Part shown: piece after piece, positions 20,630 through 29,711 of the stretch
Layout of the letters: each line of letters opens with the position of its first letter
How positions within the stretch are numbered: position 1 is the stretch's first letter
Assembly: GCA_944350065.1 (NCBI GenBank)
Contig: CALVOD010000001.1
Coordinates: 1-63,113, forward strand
DNA length: 63,113 nt
Source of the DNA: an uncultured Clostridia bacterium
Lineage (GTDB): Bacteria > Bacillota > Clostridia > Christensenellales > DTU072
Direction: 5' to 3'
Made by a program: the position numbers and the translations under genes
The notes under the pieces: model-generated
Database searches by the model: none
What the model saw: the letters and a program-made list of their open reading frames with translations, nothing else
What the model was told of the DNA's origin: nothing

Positions 20630-22381
20630 ATGAGAAAGAAAGTTACTGCGATATTTGCATTGATACTTGTCCTGGCTGTTGCCGCGGCGCTCGTTGCCTG
20701 CGTGGACGACAAGGACACCAACGTCGGTCCTTTCACGTACGAGATAAACTCCGTAGATGACTTCGAAGGGTTGCGCGGTAAGCTGGGTGCCGATTACGAT
20801 CAGGGCGTGTACGAACTGAATGCGGATCTCGACCTTACCGGTACTTCCTGGACGCCGATAGGCGACTCCGTAGCCAATGCCTTTACCGGCAAACTCAACG
20901 GAAACGGACATACGATAAGGTATTCTATAGAGAAAGAAACTCCCGAGCACACCGACGTCAATACCGTTGCGGAAGAAGTGTTTACGGGCCTTTTCGGAGC
21001 TGTTTCGGGAGCCGAAATAAGTAATATCAATATAGTAGTCGATATCGACGTACCCGTAGAAGGGCAGTGCGTATACGTCGGAGGACTTGCCGGATACGCC
21101 TACGGCGACGTGAAATTTACCGACGTCAGCGTAAGCGGCTCGGTACGCGCCGACATAGCGGACATAAGAGTCACTACCGTGGGTGAGGACGGCGGCAGCA
21201 ATACCGAAACGTACGGTATGTATATGACCGCGCACGTAGGCGGCGTGGCAGGTTACGTTATAGGTAACGCGTCGCTCACGAGGGTTTCCTCCGCGGTTGA
21301 CCTCGACGTGGGCAAGATAGAAAGCTATTTGCTCAGCAACGACTACTGTCTTATCAACGAAGTCACCGCCGGAGGTATCGCGGGCACGTTGAGGACGGTG
21401 GACCTTTCTTCGGGCGCAAACGATACCACTTCCGTGAAAGCGGATTCTCTGAGCTATTCGGGAGACATCAGCGTTTACGGCGCGACCGTCAACGCGGGCG
21501 GACTCATAGGGCTCGGCTACCGTATCGACGGTAACTTGCTAAAAGCGGAACTTGCGGACGGCGACGGCATTTTCGTGAGCGGCGCCAACCGTATGAACGC
21601 CGGAGTGGTTGCGGGAATGCTCGACCGCGCCGACCTGTCCGGAGTAGTCGCGAGCGCTTCTCTTTTCGAGGTACGCATAGCGAGAGGCAGAGGAGACCAG
21701 AGCTCGTACAATATCGGCGGAGCGATAGGTTACCTTTCCAATTACAGCGAAATAGAGAACGTGATCAGCGACGTCGAAGTTATAGACGTAGGCAATTTCA
21801 TCAATAACTACACCGGCGGTCTGATAGGAATGCTCCATTTCTCCACGGTGAGGAACGCCGTTACTTCGGGCGAGATAAAGTTCGAGGGCGCGGCGCTGGA
21901 TTCGACGACGATACCCATTTCTTTCGCTTACGACGGCAAGCACGGCAGAGACAATTATTATTACATTTATTCCGGAGGAGTCGTCGGTAAGATTTACGGC
22001 GGCAGCCGTCTCGACAACGTGGCGAGCAACTTCAAAGCGTATCAAGGCGTGACGGGCGAAGCGATGAACGGCGTCGAGATAGTGGTTATCAAAGAAAACG
22101 ACGGCGAAACCATAGACGCGTGGCTTGCCGGTTCCGGTTACGAAAGCGGTATGTACGTGTGCGTGAAGTCGGGCGCGAAAGATCCCGAGAGCGGTGAGCA
22201 GAAATACAAGCTCACGCATAAATACAGCGTGAGCGCAAACGTGTGGTTCGCTACCGATCGCGCTAAGTCCGATACCGAAAAGGTCAACGTGTCGGGAGTG
22301 GATTACGTCAACGGAATAGGAGTAAGGGACGGCGCTCACTACGACGATTTGCGCGCCGCCATAGAGCAGGCGATAGGCTGA
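20630..22381 (+). CDS. GLUG-motif repeat lipoprotein (predicted beta-helix surface protein)
   Basis: Signal peptide with lipobox LVAC, and eight spaced GG[LVI][AIV]G repeats (GGLAGYA, GGVAGYV, GGIAGT, GGLIGLG, GVVAGM, GGAIGYL, GGLIGML, GGVVGKI). An alternative start lies at 20624. Confidence 0.7.
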   Translation: MRKKVTAIFALILVLAVAAALVACVDDKDTNVGPFTYEINSVDDFEGLRGKLGADYDQGVYELNADLDLTGTSWTPIGDSVANAFTGKLNGNGHTIRYSIEKETPEHTDVNTVAEEVFTGLFGAVSGAEISNINIVVDIDVPVEGQCVYVGGLAGYAYGDVKFTDVSVSGSVRADIADIRVTTVGEDGGSNTETYGMYMTAHVGGVAGYVIGNASLTRVSSAVDLDVGKIESYLLSNDYCLINEVTAGGIAGTLRTVDLSSGANDTTSVKADSLSYSGDISVYGATVNAGGLIGLGYRIDGNLLKAELADGDGIFVSGANRMNAGVVAGMLDRADLSGVVASASLFEVRIARGRGDQSSYNIGGAIGYLSNYSEIENVISDVEVIDVGNFINNYTGGLIGMLHFSTVRNAVTSGEIKFEGAALDSTTIPISFAYDGKHGRDNYYYIYSGGVVGKIYGGSRLDNVASNFKAYQGVTGEAMNGVEIVVIKENDGETIDAWLAGSGYESGMYVCVKSGAKDPESGEQKYKLTHKYSVSANVWFATDRAKSDTEKVNVSGVDYVNGIGVRDGAHYDDLRAAIEQAIG

Positions 22382-22542
22382 AAGGGCGCCTAACTTACCC
22401 TTACGTCCGCGCTCGCATAGCGAGCGTGAGCGAACCTCGTCCGCTTCAAGCGTACGTACGTTATGGGGCTCCGTATTCCGCGAAGCGGAAGCATAAAAAT
22501 AAATTTCATATAATCAACCTTATAAAGAGGATAACGTAAATT

Positions 22543-24474
22543 ATGATAGTCACATTAGCTGAAGGCAAGAAAGAATTTCCTGCGGGTTCTACTCCCGCAG
22601 ACGTCGCCCGATCGATTTCCGACGGGCTTTTCCGTTCCTCGTACGTAGCGAGAGTCAACGGCGAAGTCGTGGGTATGTACACGCCCATTAACGAGGACGC
22701 CACTGTCGAATTTCTCGGATTCGACACGGAGGAGGGAAGGAAGGCGTACAGGCACAGCTGTTCGCACATACTCGCGCAGGCGGTCAAAAGGATATATCCC
22801 ACCGCGCGCGTGGCGATCGGTCCCGCTATAGCCAACGGATATTACTACGATTTCGATTTCAAGACGCCCATCAATATGGAGTCGCTCAAAGAGATCGAAG
22901 CGGAAATGAAAAAGATAATAAAAGAAAATCTGCCCATCGTGCGCGAAGAAGTAAGCCGCGACAAAGCGCTCGCCTACTTCACCGAGCAGAACGAACCTTA
23001 TAAAGTGGAGCTCATCACCGACCTTCCCGAGGACGCGAAAATAACCATGTATCGTCAGGGCGATTTCGTGGATCTGTGCGCGGGTCCGCACCTACCCAAT
23101 ACCGGTTACGTCAAGGCGTTCAAACTTACTTCTATAGCGGGCGCGTACTGGCGCGGAGACGAGCACAACAAAGTGCTTACCCGCATTTACGGCACCGCAT
23201 TCAATTCGAAAGCCGCGCTCGAGGAATACCTCGCCGCCGTCGAAGAAGCCAAGTCCCGCGACCACAACAAGATAGGCAGGGAAATGGGCATATTCATGAC
23301 CGACGAAAACATCGGACAGGGGCTTCCGCTTCTTATGCCGAAAGGCGCCAAACTTTTCCAGATACTGACGCGTTTCGTCGAGGACGAGGAGGAGCGCCGC
23401 GGTTACGTGCGCACCAAGACTCCTTATATGGCGAAAAGCGCTTTATATAAGATAAGCGGACACTGGGATCATTACCGTGACGGCATGTTCGTTATCGACA
23501 ACGAAAACGAGAACGAAGTAATGGCGTTGAGACCGATGACCTGTCCTTTCCAATATACTATATATAATAACGGTCTGAAATCGTACAGAGATTTGCCGAT
23601 ACGCTACGGCGAAACCTCCACGCTTTTCCGCAACGAGGACTCCGGCGAAATGCACGGGCTTATCAGGGTAAGGCAGTTCACGATAAGCGAAGGTCACATC
23701 ATCTGCACTCCTTCGCAGCTCGAAGGCGAATTCAAGGCGGCGCTCGATCTCGCGCGCTATATGCTCAAATGCGTAGGCATCGAGGAAGACGTATCTTACC
23801 GTTTCTCGAAGTGGGATCCCAAGGACGTGGACAAATATATCAACGACCCCGAGAAATGGGAAAAAGCGGAAGCGGAAATGCAACGCATACTCGACCATCT
23901 CGGCATCAAATATTCGGTGGGAATCGGCGAAGCGGCGTTCTACGGACCGAAGCTCGACATTCAGATCAAGAACGTCTACGGCAAGGAAGACACGCTCATC
24001 ACGTTGCAAGTCGATATGTTCCTTGCCGAGAATTTCGACATGACTTACGTGGACGAGAACGGCGACAAGGTCAGACCGTATATTATTCACCGTACTTCGA
24101 TAGGCTGTTACGAGCGCACGATGGCGCTCGCCATAGAGAAGTTCAAAGGCGCGTTCCCCGTATGGATGGCGCCCGAGCAGGTACGCGTACTGAGCCTTAC
24201 CGACAGAACCGCCGAGGACGCCAAGGCGCTCGCGGAGAAGATGCGCTACGACGGACTCAGAGCGGAAGCGGACGTGCGTAACGAAAAGATAGGCTACAAA
24301 ATCCGCGAAGCGCAGATGGATAAAATTCCGTATATGATTATTCTCGGAGACAAGGAGAAGGAATCGGGAGTGCTCGCCGTGCGTTCGAGGAAGTCCGGAG
24401 ACCTCGGTACGATGAGCTACGAGGACTTCACCGCCAAAGTTCTCAAAGAGGACAAAGACAAGGTCATCGACTGA
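22543..24474 (+). CDS. thrS: threonine--tRNA ligase
   Basis: N-terminal TGS domain, editing-domain HSCSHILAQA, class II core (FRNEDSGEMHGLIRVRQF, AAFYGPKLD), and a C-terminal anticodon-binding domain. 643 aa. Confidence 0.95.
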   Translation: MIVTLAEGKKEFPAGSTPADVARSISDGLFRSSYVARVNGEVVGMYTPINEDATVEFLGFDTEEGRKAYRHSCSHILAQAVKRIYPTARVAIGPAIANGYYYDFDFKTPINMESLKEIEAEMKKIIKENLPIVREEVSRDKALAYFTEQNEPYKVELITDLPEDAKITMYRQGDFVDLCAGPHLPNTGYVKAFKLTSIAGAYWRGDEHNKVLTRIYGTAFNSKAALEEYLAAVEEAKSRDHNKIGREMGIFMTDENIGQGLPLLMPKGAKLFQILTRFVEDEEERRGYVRTKTPYMAKSALYKISGHWDHYRDGMFVIDNENENEVMALRPMTCPFQYTIYNNGLKSYRDLPIRYGETSTLFRNEDSGEMHGLIRVRQFTISEGHIICTPSQLEGEFKAALDLARYMLKCVGIEEDVSYRFSKWDPKDVDKYINDPEKWEKAEAEMQRILDHLGIKYSVGIGEAAFYGPKLDIQIKNVYGKEDTLITLQVDMFLAENFDMTYVDENGDKVRPYIIHRTSIGCYERTMALAIEKFKGAFPVWMAPEQVRVLSLTDRTAEDAKALAEKMRYDGLRAEADVRNEKIGYKIREAQMDKIPYMIILGDKEKESGVLAVRSRKSGDLGTMSYEDFTAKVLKEDKDKVID

Positions 24475-24542
24475 ATAAAACGAATTAAATAAGAATAATG
24501 CGCCGCGCCGTCGAATATTCCTATAAAATGTGGCGAAAATAT

Positions 24543-24571
24543 TTGACAACGCGGCGCAATTATATTAGAAT
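24543..24571 (+). promoter_or_regulatory. infC operon promoter TTGACA-17 nt-TAGAAT
   Basis: TTGACA at 24543-24548 and TAGAAT at 24566-24571. Confidence 0.65.
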
Positions 24572-24577
24572 ATCCGA

Positions 24578-24766
24578 GTAAAGAAGAAGCGATTCTCACC
24601 GTAAGCCTCAGGCAAAACGGTTAAACCGAGTTTATGATCCGTATGCCTGCTTATGTACGGTGTGCGGCTTGTGGTGAGATGTGTTTCTTAGGAAACACAT
24701 TCTTTTTTGCCTCTAATCACGCATAAACTGCCGCCTTGCAAGGCGTAAAATAAGGAGGATACTTTT
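24578..24766 (+). promoter_or_regulatory. ribosomal protein L20-type leader (infC-rpmI-rplT attenuation leader)
   Basis: A ~190-nt untranslated leader. A 14-bp long-range helix pairs 24594-24607 with 24666-24679 (including two G-U pairs). It abuts a terminator hairpin, the layout known for Firmicute L20 leaders. Confidence 0.6.
24679..24708 (+). terminator. attenuator terminator inside the infC leader
   Basis: 9-bp stem ATGTGTTTC/GAAACACAT with a TTAG loop, followed by TCTTTTTT. It lies 59 nt upstream of the infC start. Confidence 0.75.
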
Positions 24767-25282
24767 ATTTTCAGAGAATTACTCACCAATTCGAGCATCC
24801 GGGTTCCGGAAGTAAGATTGATCGACGCAGACGGTTCGATGGTAGGTATCGTACCCACCCAGCAAGCCCAGCGTATGGCGGACGAGAGAAATCTCGATCT
24901 CGTGCTTTTTTCGCCTAACGCCGTGCCGCCGGTGTGCAAGATACTTAATTACAGCAAATATCGTTTCGACCAGATCAAGAAGGACAAAGAGGACAAGAAG
25001 AAGAGCAACGTTCTCAAGATCAAAGAAGTGCAGCTTTCCCATACGATCGACATCGGCGATTTGAAGATCAAAGCCAAACGCACGATCGAGTTTATCGGAG
25101 AAGGTTGCAAAGTGAAAGTCGTGATAAGAATGAAAGGGCGCCAGAACGCGCACCCCGACATTTCGATGGGCGTAATGGCGCGTTTCTTCGAGATGGTGTC
25201 GGACGTGGCGGTCAAGGAAAAGGAGCCCGTTCTCGACGGTAAAAGCATTACCATGGTGCTTGCGCCGATAAGCAAAAAATAA
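24767..25282 (+). CDS. infC: translation initiation factor IF-3 (ATT start codon)
   Basis: The frame is open from 24749. AAGGAGGA at 24752-24759 is followed 7 nt later by ATT 24767, giving IFRELLTNSSIRVPEVRLIDADG, the normal IF-3 N-terminus. The listed TTG at 24818 would truncate it. Confidence 0.88.
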   Translation: MFRELLTNSSIRVPEVRLIDADGSMVGIVPTQQAQRMADERNLDLVLFSPNAVPPVCKILNYSKYRFDQIKKDKEDKKKSNVLKIKEVQLSHTIDIGDLKIKAKRTIEFIGEGCKVKVVIRMKGRQNAHPDISMGVMARFFEMVSDVAVKEKEPVLDGKSITMVLAPISKK

Positions 25283-25303
25283 TTACTCACAAGGAGAGGA
25301 ACT

Positions 25304-25504
25304 ATGCCTAAACAGAAAACTCATAGTGCAAGTAAGAAACGCTTCAGATTCACCGCGAGCGGACTTCTGAAGAGAAACAAACAGAACAAGAACCACATTC
25401 TCAACAAAAAGACCCGCAAGAGAAAGAGAAATCTCCGCCAGGGCGCTTACATCAACGAGACGCAGGCGAAAACCATCGGCAACATGATTTACGGTCAAAA
25501 GTAG
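25304..25504 (+). CDS. rpmI: 50S ribosomal protein L35
   Basis: 66 aa and very basic (MPKQKTHSASKKRF..). It lies between infC and rplT. Confidence 0.93.
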   Translation: MPKQKTHSASKKRFRFTASGLLKRNKQNKNHILNKKTRKRKRNLRQGAYINETQAKTIGNMIYGQK

Positions 25505-25516
25505 GAGGTAGAGGTC

Positions 25517-25873
25517 ATGAGAATCAAGAGAGCAGTAAACGCACAGAAAAAGAAAAGAAAGATAATGAGGCAGGCGAAGGGATACTTCGGCGCCAAGAGC
25601 AAACTTTACAGAGTAGCGCGTCAGGCGGTCATGAAGTCCGGTCAATACGCTTACGTCGGCAGACGTCTCAAGAAGAGAGACTTCCGCAGACTGTGGATAG
25701 CGCGTATCAACGCCGCGGCGAGAATGAACGATCTCTCCTATTCGAGACTTATGCACGGCTTGAAAGTCGCGGGTATCGACCTTAACCGCAAGGTGCTTGC
25801 CGATATCGCGGTTAACGACAGCGCCGCTTTCGCCGCGCTTTGCGAGAAAGCCAAAGCCGCCGCCCGCGCTTAA
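25517..25873 (+). CDS. rplT: 50S ribosomal protein L20
   Basis: [40 protein letters not shown] is canonical L20. Confidence 0.95.
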   Translation: MRIKRAVNAQKKKRKIMRQAKGYFGAKSKLYRVARQAVMKSGQYAYVGRRLKKRDFRRLWIARINAAARMNDLSYSRLMHGLKVAGIDLNRKVLADIAVNDSAAFAALCEKAKAAARA

Positions 25874-25879
25874 CGCTTG

Positions 25880-25905
25880 AGCCTTCAACCACGTTGAAGG
25901 CTTTT
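25880..25905 (+). terminator. terminator after rplT
   Basis: 10-bp stem AGCCTTCAAC/GTTGAAGGCT with a CAC loop, then TTTT running into the next start codon. Confidence 0.65.
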
Positions 25906-26682
25906 ATGAATATGTACCCGATAACTTCCCCCGCGAACGGCAAGATCAAACTATTGCGTAGCTTGAGCAACAAAAAAGCGTTACTCGAGAACTCGCTGTT
26001 CGTTATCGAGGGCGCCAATATTCTCAAAGACGCGCCTAAGGGGTATATAGAGGAAGTTTTCGTCAGGGAGTCCGACGCGGGTAAGTATGCGGAATTGTGC
26101 GCGCGGCTTACCGACAGAGCGTATTCGGTGTCGGACGAAGTGTTCGACAGGGTGAGCACCACCGTGTCGAGCGCGGGCATAATAGCCACCGCGCGCATAC
26201 CCGAACCGCGTCCCGTAACGGGCAGGCTCGTAGCCGTATTGGACGGCGTAGGCGATCCCGGCAACCTCGGTACGATAATTCGTACCGGGACGGCTATGGG
26301 GATATACGATTATATCTCGATAGGCTCCGCTTTCGCTTACGCGCCCAAAGTCGTAAGGGCGACTATGGGCGGCGTGTATTACGCCAACGTAGTCGATTTT
26401 TCTTACGCGGGCGCACGCGACTTTCTTAAAAAAGAAGGTTACGCGGTTGCGGCGCTCGACATGGGCGGAAGCAACGTTCACGCTTACGTACCCTCGGAGG
26501 GTAAGCTCGCTTTGGTTATAGGCAGCGAAGCGCACGGCATATCGGAGGAGATGCGTTCCGTTGCGTCCGTAACGCTCGCGATTCCCATGCGGGGCGGGCG
26601 CATAGAAAGTCTCAACGCCGCGGTAAGCGCGTCTATAGCGTTCTCCGTACTGACGGAAAAACTCAATTCAACCGACAACTGA
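25906..26682 (+). CDS. TrmH/SpoU family RNA 2'-O-methyltransferase
   Basis: SpoU motifs [26 protein letters not shown] and [19 protein letters not shown]. The upstream part of the ORF (25840-25905) overlaps the rplT terminator and is rejected. Confidence 0.85.
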   Translation: MNMYPITSPANGKIKLLRSLSNKKALLENSLFVIEGANILKDAPKGYIEEVFVRESDAGKYAELCARLTDRAYSVSDEVFDRVSTTVSSAGIIATARIPEPRPVTGRLVAVLDGVGDPGNLGTIIRTGTAMGIYDYISIGSAFAYAPKVVRATMGGVYYANVVDFSYAGARDFLKKEGYAVAALDMGGSNVHAYVPSEGKLALVIGSEAHGISEEMRSVASVTLAIPMRGGRIESLNAAVSASIAFSVLTEKLNSTDN

Positions 26683-26698
26683 TTCTGGAGGTAAACAA

Positions 26699-27433
26699 AT
26701 GTCCGGTCATTCCAAATGGGCAAACATCAAAATAAAGAAGGGCAAGACCGACGCCGCGAGAGGCTCGATCTTCACTAAAATAGGCAGAGAAATAGCCGTC
26801 GCCGTGAAAGCGGGCGGCGCCGATCCCAACAGCAATTCCAAGCTCCGCGACGTCATAGCGAAAGCGAAGCAGAACAACATGCCCAACGACACTATAACCC
26901 GTTCCATCAAGAAGGCGAGCGGCGAACTCAACGCCGTCAACTACGAAGCCATCACTTACGAAGGATACGGCGCGGGCGGAGTCGCGGTCATAGTGGAAAC
27001 GCTTACCGATAACCGCAACCGTACCGCAGGCGACGTAAGGCATTTATTCGACAAGTACGGCGGCGCGCTCGGACAGAACGGCTGCGTTTCGTTTATGTTC
27101 AACAAAAAGGGCGTCATCATAGCGGACAAGACGATGGACGAGGACGAAATCATGATGACGGCGCTCGACGCGGGAGCGGAGGATATCGTTTCCGACGACG
27201 ACGTATACGAGATATACACTCAGCCGTCCGATCTTTACGCGGTAGCGGACAAGCTGCGCGAAGCGGGCGTGAACGTGATCAGCGCGGAGACGGACATGCT
27301 TCCCGACAACGAAGTGGATCCGAAAGAGCATTTGCAGAGCGTTATTAAGCTCATCGATATGCTCGAGGAGCTCGACGACGTTCAGAACGTATATCACAAC
27401 GCCATTCTTCCCGTAGAAGAAGAGGAGGACTGA
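26699..27433 (+). CDS. YebC/PmpR family DNA-binding transcriptional regulator
   Basis: [27 protein letters not shown] is the YebC signature. 244 aa. Confidence 0.92.
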   Translation: MSGHSKWANIKIKKGKTDAARGSIFTKIGREIAVAVKAGGADPNSNSKLRDVIAKAKQNNMPNDTITRSIKKASGELNAVNYEAITYEGYGAGGVAVIVETLTDNRNRTAGDVRHLFDKYGGALGQNGCVSFMFNKKGVIIADKTMDEDEIMMTALDAGAEDIVSDDDVYEIYTQPSDLYAVADKLREAGVNVISAETDMLPDNEVDPKEHLQSVIKLIDMLEELDDVQNVYHNAILPVEEEED

Positions 27434-27436
27434 GCA

Positions 27437-28684
27437 ATGAGTTTCGTAACGGATATTTGCGAAAAGACCAAACTTGCCGCCAATAAATTTGCGGGAGCGG
27501 ATACCGCTACGAAAAACGCCGCGTTGTTGAGAGCAAAGGAACTGCTTCTCGAGGAAGAAAGCGCCATACTCGCGGCTAACGCGGAAGACATCAAAAAGGC
27601 GGAAGAAGGAGGCAGGAACGCGGCGTTCATCGACAGATTGAAGCTGACGCCCGCCCGTATCCGTCAGATGTGCGACGGTATAGACGCCATAGTGGCGCTG
27701 CCCGATCCGGTGGGCGAGGTGACTGAGAGTTACACGCTTCCCAACGGGCTCGACGTCAAGAAAGTGCGCGCGCCTTTAGGCGTGATAGGGATAATATTCG
27801 AAGCGCGTCCCAACGTCGCGCTCGACGCAGGCGCGTTATGCGTTAAGAGCGGTAACGGCGTTATACTTCGCGGCAGCCGCGACAGCGTTAAGAGCGTGGC
27901 GGCGATAACCGCGTGCATGAAGCGCGCCCTCGAAGAAAACGGCATAGATCCCTGCGTGGTGGGACTTATAGAGAGTATGGACAGAGAAGCCACCGCCGAG
28001 ATGCTTCGTCAGGACAAATACATAGACGTGGTGATACCGCGCGGCGGCGAGGCGCTCAAGAAGGTGGTTCTCGAGAACGCCGCCATGCCGGTGATTGCCT
28101 CCGCGGGCGGTAACTGTCACACTTACGTTGCGCCGAGCGCGGATTTCGACATGGCGATGACGGTCATTCTGAACGCTAAGACCAACCGTCCTTCCACCTG
28201 CAACGCGCTGGAAACGATACTTGCGGACAGGAAGATAGCGCGCGAATTCTTACCCGGCATGCTCGAGCTTCTCAAGAAGAACGGAGTGGAAATACGCGGC
28301 ACGCGCGAGGTAAAAGAGATTTATCCCGACTGCATCGAAGTGGGCGAGGAGGAATTCACCCGCGAATACGACAATATGATTATCAAGGTTGCCGTAGTGG
28401 ACGGACTTACCGAAGCCATAGACCACATCAATAAATACGGTACCAATCACAGCGACGCAATAATCACCGAGGACAAAGATGAAGCCGCGAGATTCGCGCG
28501 CGAAGTGGATTCGAGCGCGATTTACGTAAACGCTTCCACCCGTTTCACCGACGGATTCGAACTCGGTCTCGGCGCAGAGATGGGTATCAGCACACAGAAA
28601 CTGCACGTCCGCGGACCGGTGGGGCTCAAGGAGCTCACGAGCGTCAAGTACGTCGTGACCGGCAACGGGCAGATACGCAAATAG
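27437..28684 (+). CDS. proA: glutamate-5-semialdehyde dehydrogenase (gamma-glutamyl phosphate reductase)
   Basis: GVIGIIFEARPNV, KSGNGVILRGS, and the catalytic-Cys region SAGGNCHTYV (poorly matched to the usual CNA, but the overall ProA layout is clear). 415 aa. Confidence 0.9.
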   Translation: MSFVTDICEKTKLAANKFAGADTATKNAALLRAKELLLEEESAILAANAEDIKKAEEGGRNAAFIDRLKLTPARIRQMCDGIDAIVALPDPVGEVTESYTLPNGLDVKKVRAPLGVIGIIFEARPNVALDAGALCVKSGNGVILRGSRDSVKSVAAITACMKRALEENGIDPCVVGLIESMDREATAEMLRQDKYIDVVIPRGGEALKKVVLENAAMPVIASAGGNCHTYVAPSADFDMAMTVILNAKTNRPSTCNALETILADRKIAREFLPGMLELLKKNGVEIRGTREVKEIYPDCIEVGEEEFTREYDNMIIKVAVVDGLTEAIDHINKYGTNHSDAIITEDKDEAARFAREVDSSAIYVNASTRFTDGFELGLGAEMGISTQKLHVRGPVGLKELTSVKYVVTGNGQIRK

Positions 28685-28696
28685 GAGTCAGACAAT

Positions 28697-29662
28697 ATGA
28701 GAAAAATAGCAGTTTTAACGAGCGGCGGCGACGCGCCCGGAATGAATGCGGCGATAAGGGGCGTGGTACGTTGCGCCAACAGCCGCGGAATGGACGTTTA
28801 CGGAATAGAGAGAGGATACGACGGACTTATCAAAGGCAATATTTTCCGCATGGATTCCCGCTCGGTATCCGACACCATACAGAAAGGCGGCACTATCCTT
28901 AAGACGGCGCGCTGCCCCGAATTCGCTACCGAAGAAGGTATCCGTAAAGGCGGCGACGTGCTCAACGCGTACGGTATCGAAGGGCTTATCGTCATAGGCG
29001 GCGACGGTTCTTTCAGAGGAATGAAGGATCTCACCGATCTGTGCGGCATACGTTGCATGGGTATTCCCGGAACCATCGACAACGACCTCGGATACACCGA
29101 TTTCACTTTGGGTTTCGACACTGCGGTCAACACGGTGCTCGACGCGCTCAACAAGATCCGCGACACGATGACTTCTCACGACCGCGCCTGCATAATCGAA
29201 GTTATGGGCAGGCACTGCGGCGACATAGCGCTTTACGCGGGTATCGCGGGCGGCGCCGAAAGCATCATAGTTCCCGAGCTTCCTTTCAAAATAGAAGAAA
29301 TATGCGACAAAATGAGACGCAACGTCATCAAAGGTAAGGTTTCCGACATAATTGTGCTTGCCGAAGGCGTATGCAGCTGCGACGCGCTCAAAGCGCAGAT
29401 TCACGACCGCACCGGAGTAACCATCCGCACGGTCAAGCTCGGTTACATACAGCGCGGCGGCACCCCTTCGATGGCGGACAGAGTGCTCGCGGCGCGTTGC
29501 GCAGACAGAGCTGTGGAATTACTCTACAACGATTGCAAGGAGTCGAGAGTGATAGGCACCAAGGACAACAAAATCATCGATATGAATATCGACGAAGCCC
29601 TCGCCATAAAGAAAGTATTCAACACGCAAATGATGGACATAGCCATGCGGCTTTCCTTCTGA
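28697..29662 (+). CDS. pfkA: ATP-dependent 6-phosphofructokinase
   Basis: LTSGGDAPGMNAAIR, IGGDGSFRG and GIPGTIDNDL (Gly at both nucleotide-specificity positions). 321 aa. Confidence 0.92.
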   Translation: MRKIAVLTSGGDAPGMNAAIRGVVRCANSRGMDVYGIERGYDGLIKGNIFRMDSRSVSDTIQKGGTILKTARCPEFATEEGIRKGGDVLNAYGIEGLIVIGGDGSFRGMKDLTDLCGIRCMGIPGTIDNDLGYTDFTLGFDTAVNTVLDALNKIRDTMTSHDRACIIEVMGRHCGDIALYAGIAGGAESIIVPELPFKIEEICDKMRRNVIKGKVSDIIVLAEGVCSCDALKAQIHDRTGVTIRTVKLGYIQRGGTPSMADRVLAARCADRAVELLYNDCKESRVIGTKDNKIIDMNIDEALAIKKVFNTQMMDIAMRLSF

Positions 29663-29711
29663 GCGTGCAACTCACCAATTAAAAGAAAACACAATAAAGG
29701 AGAAACGATTT

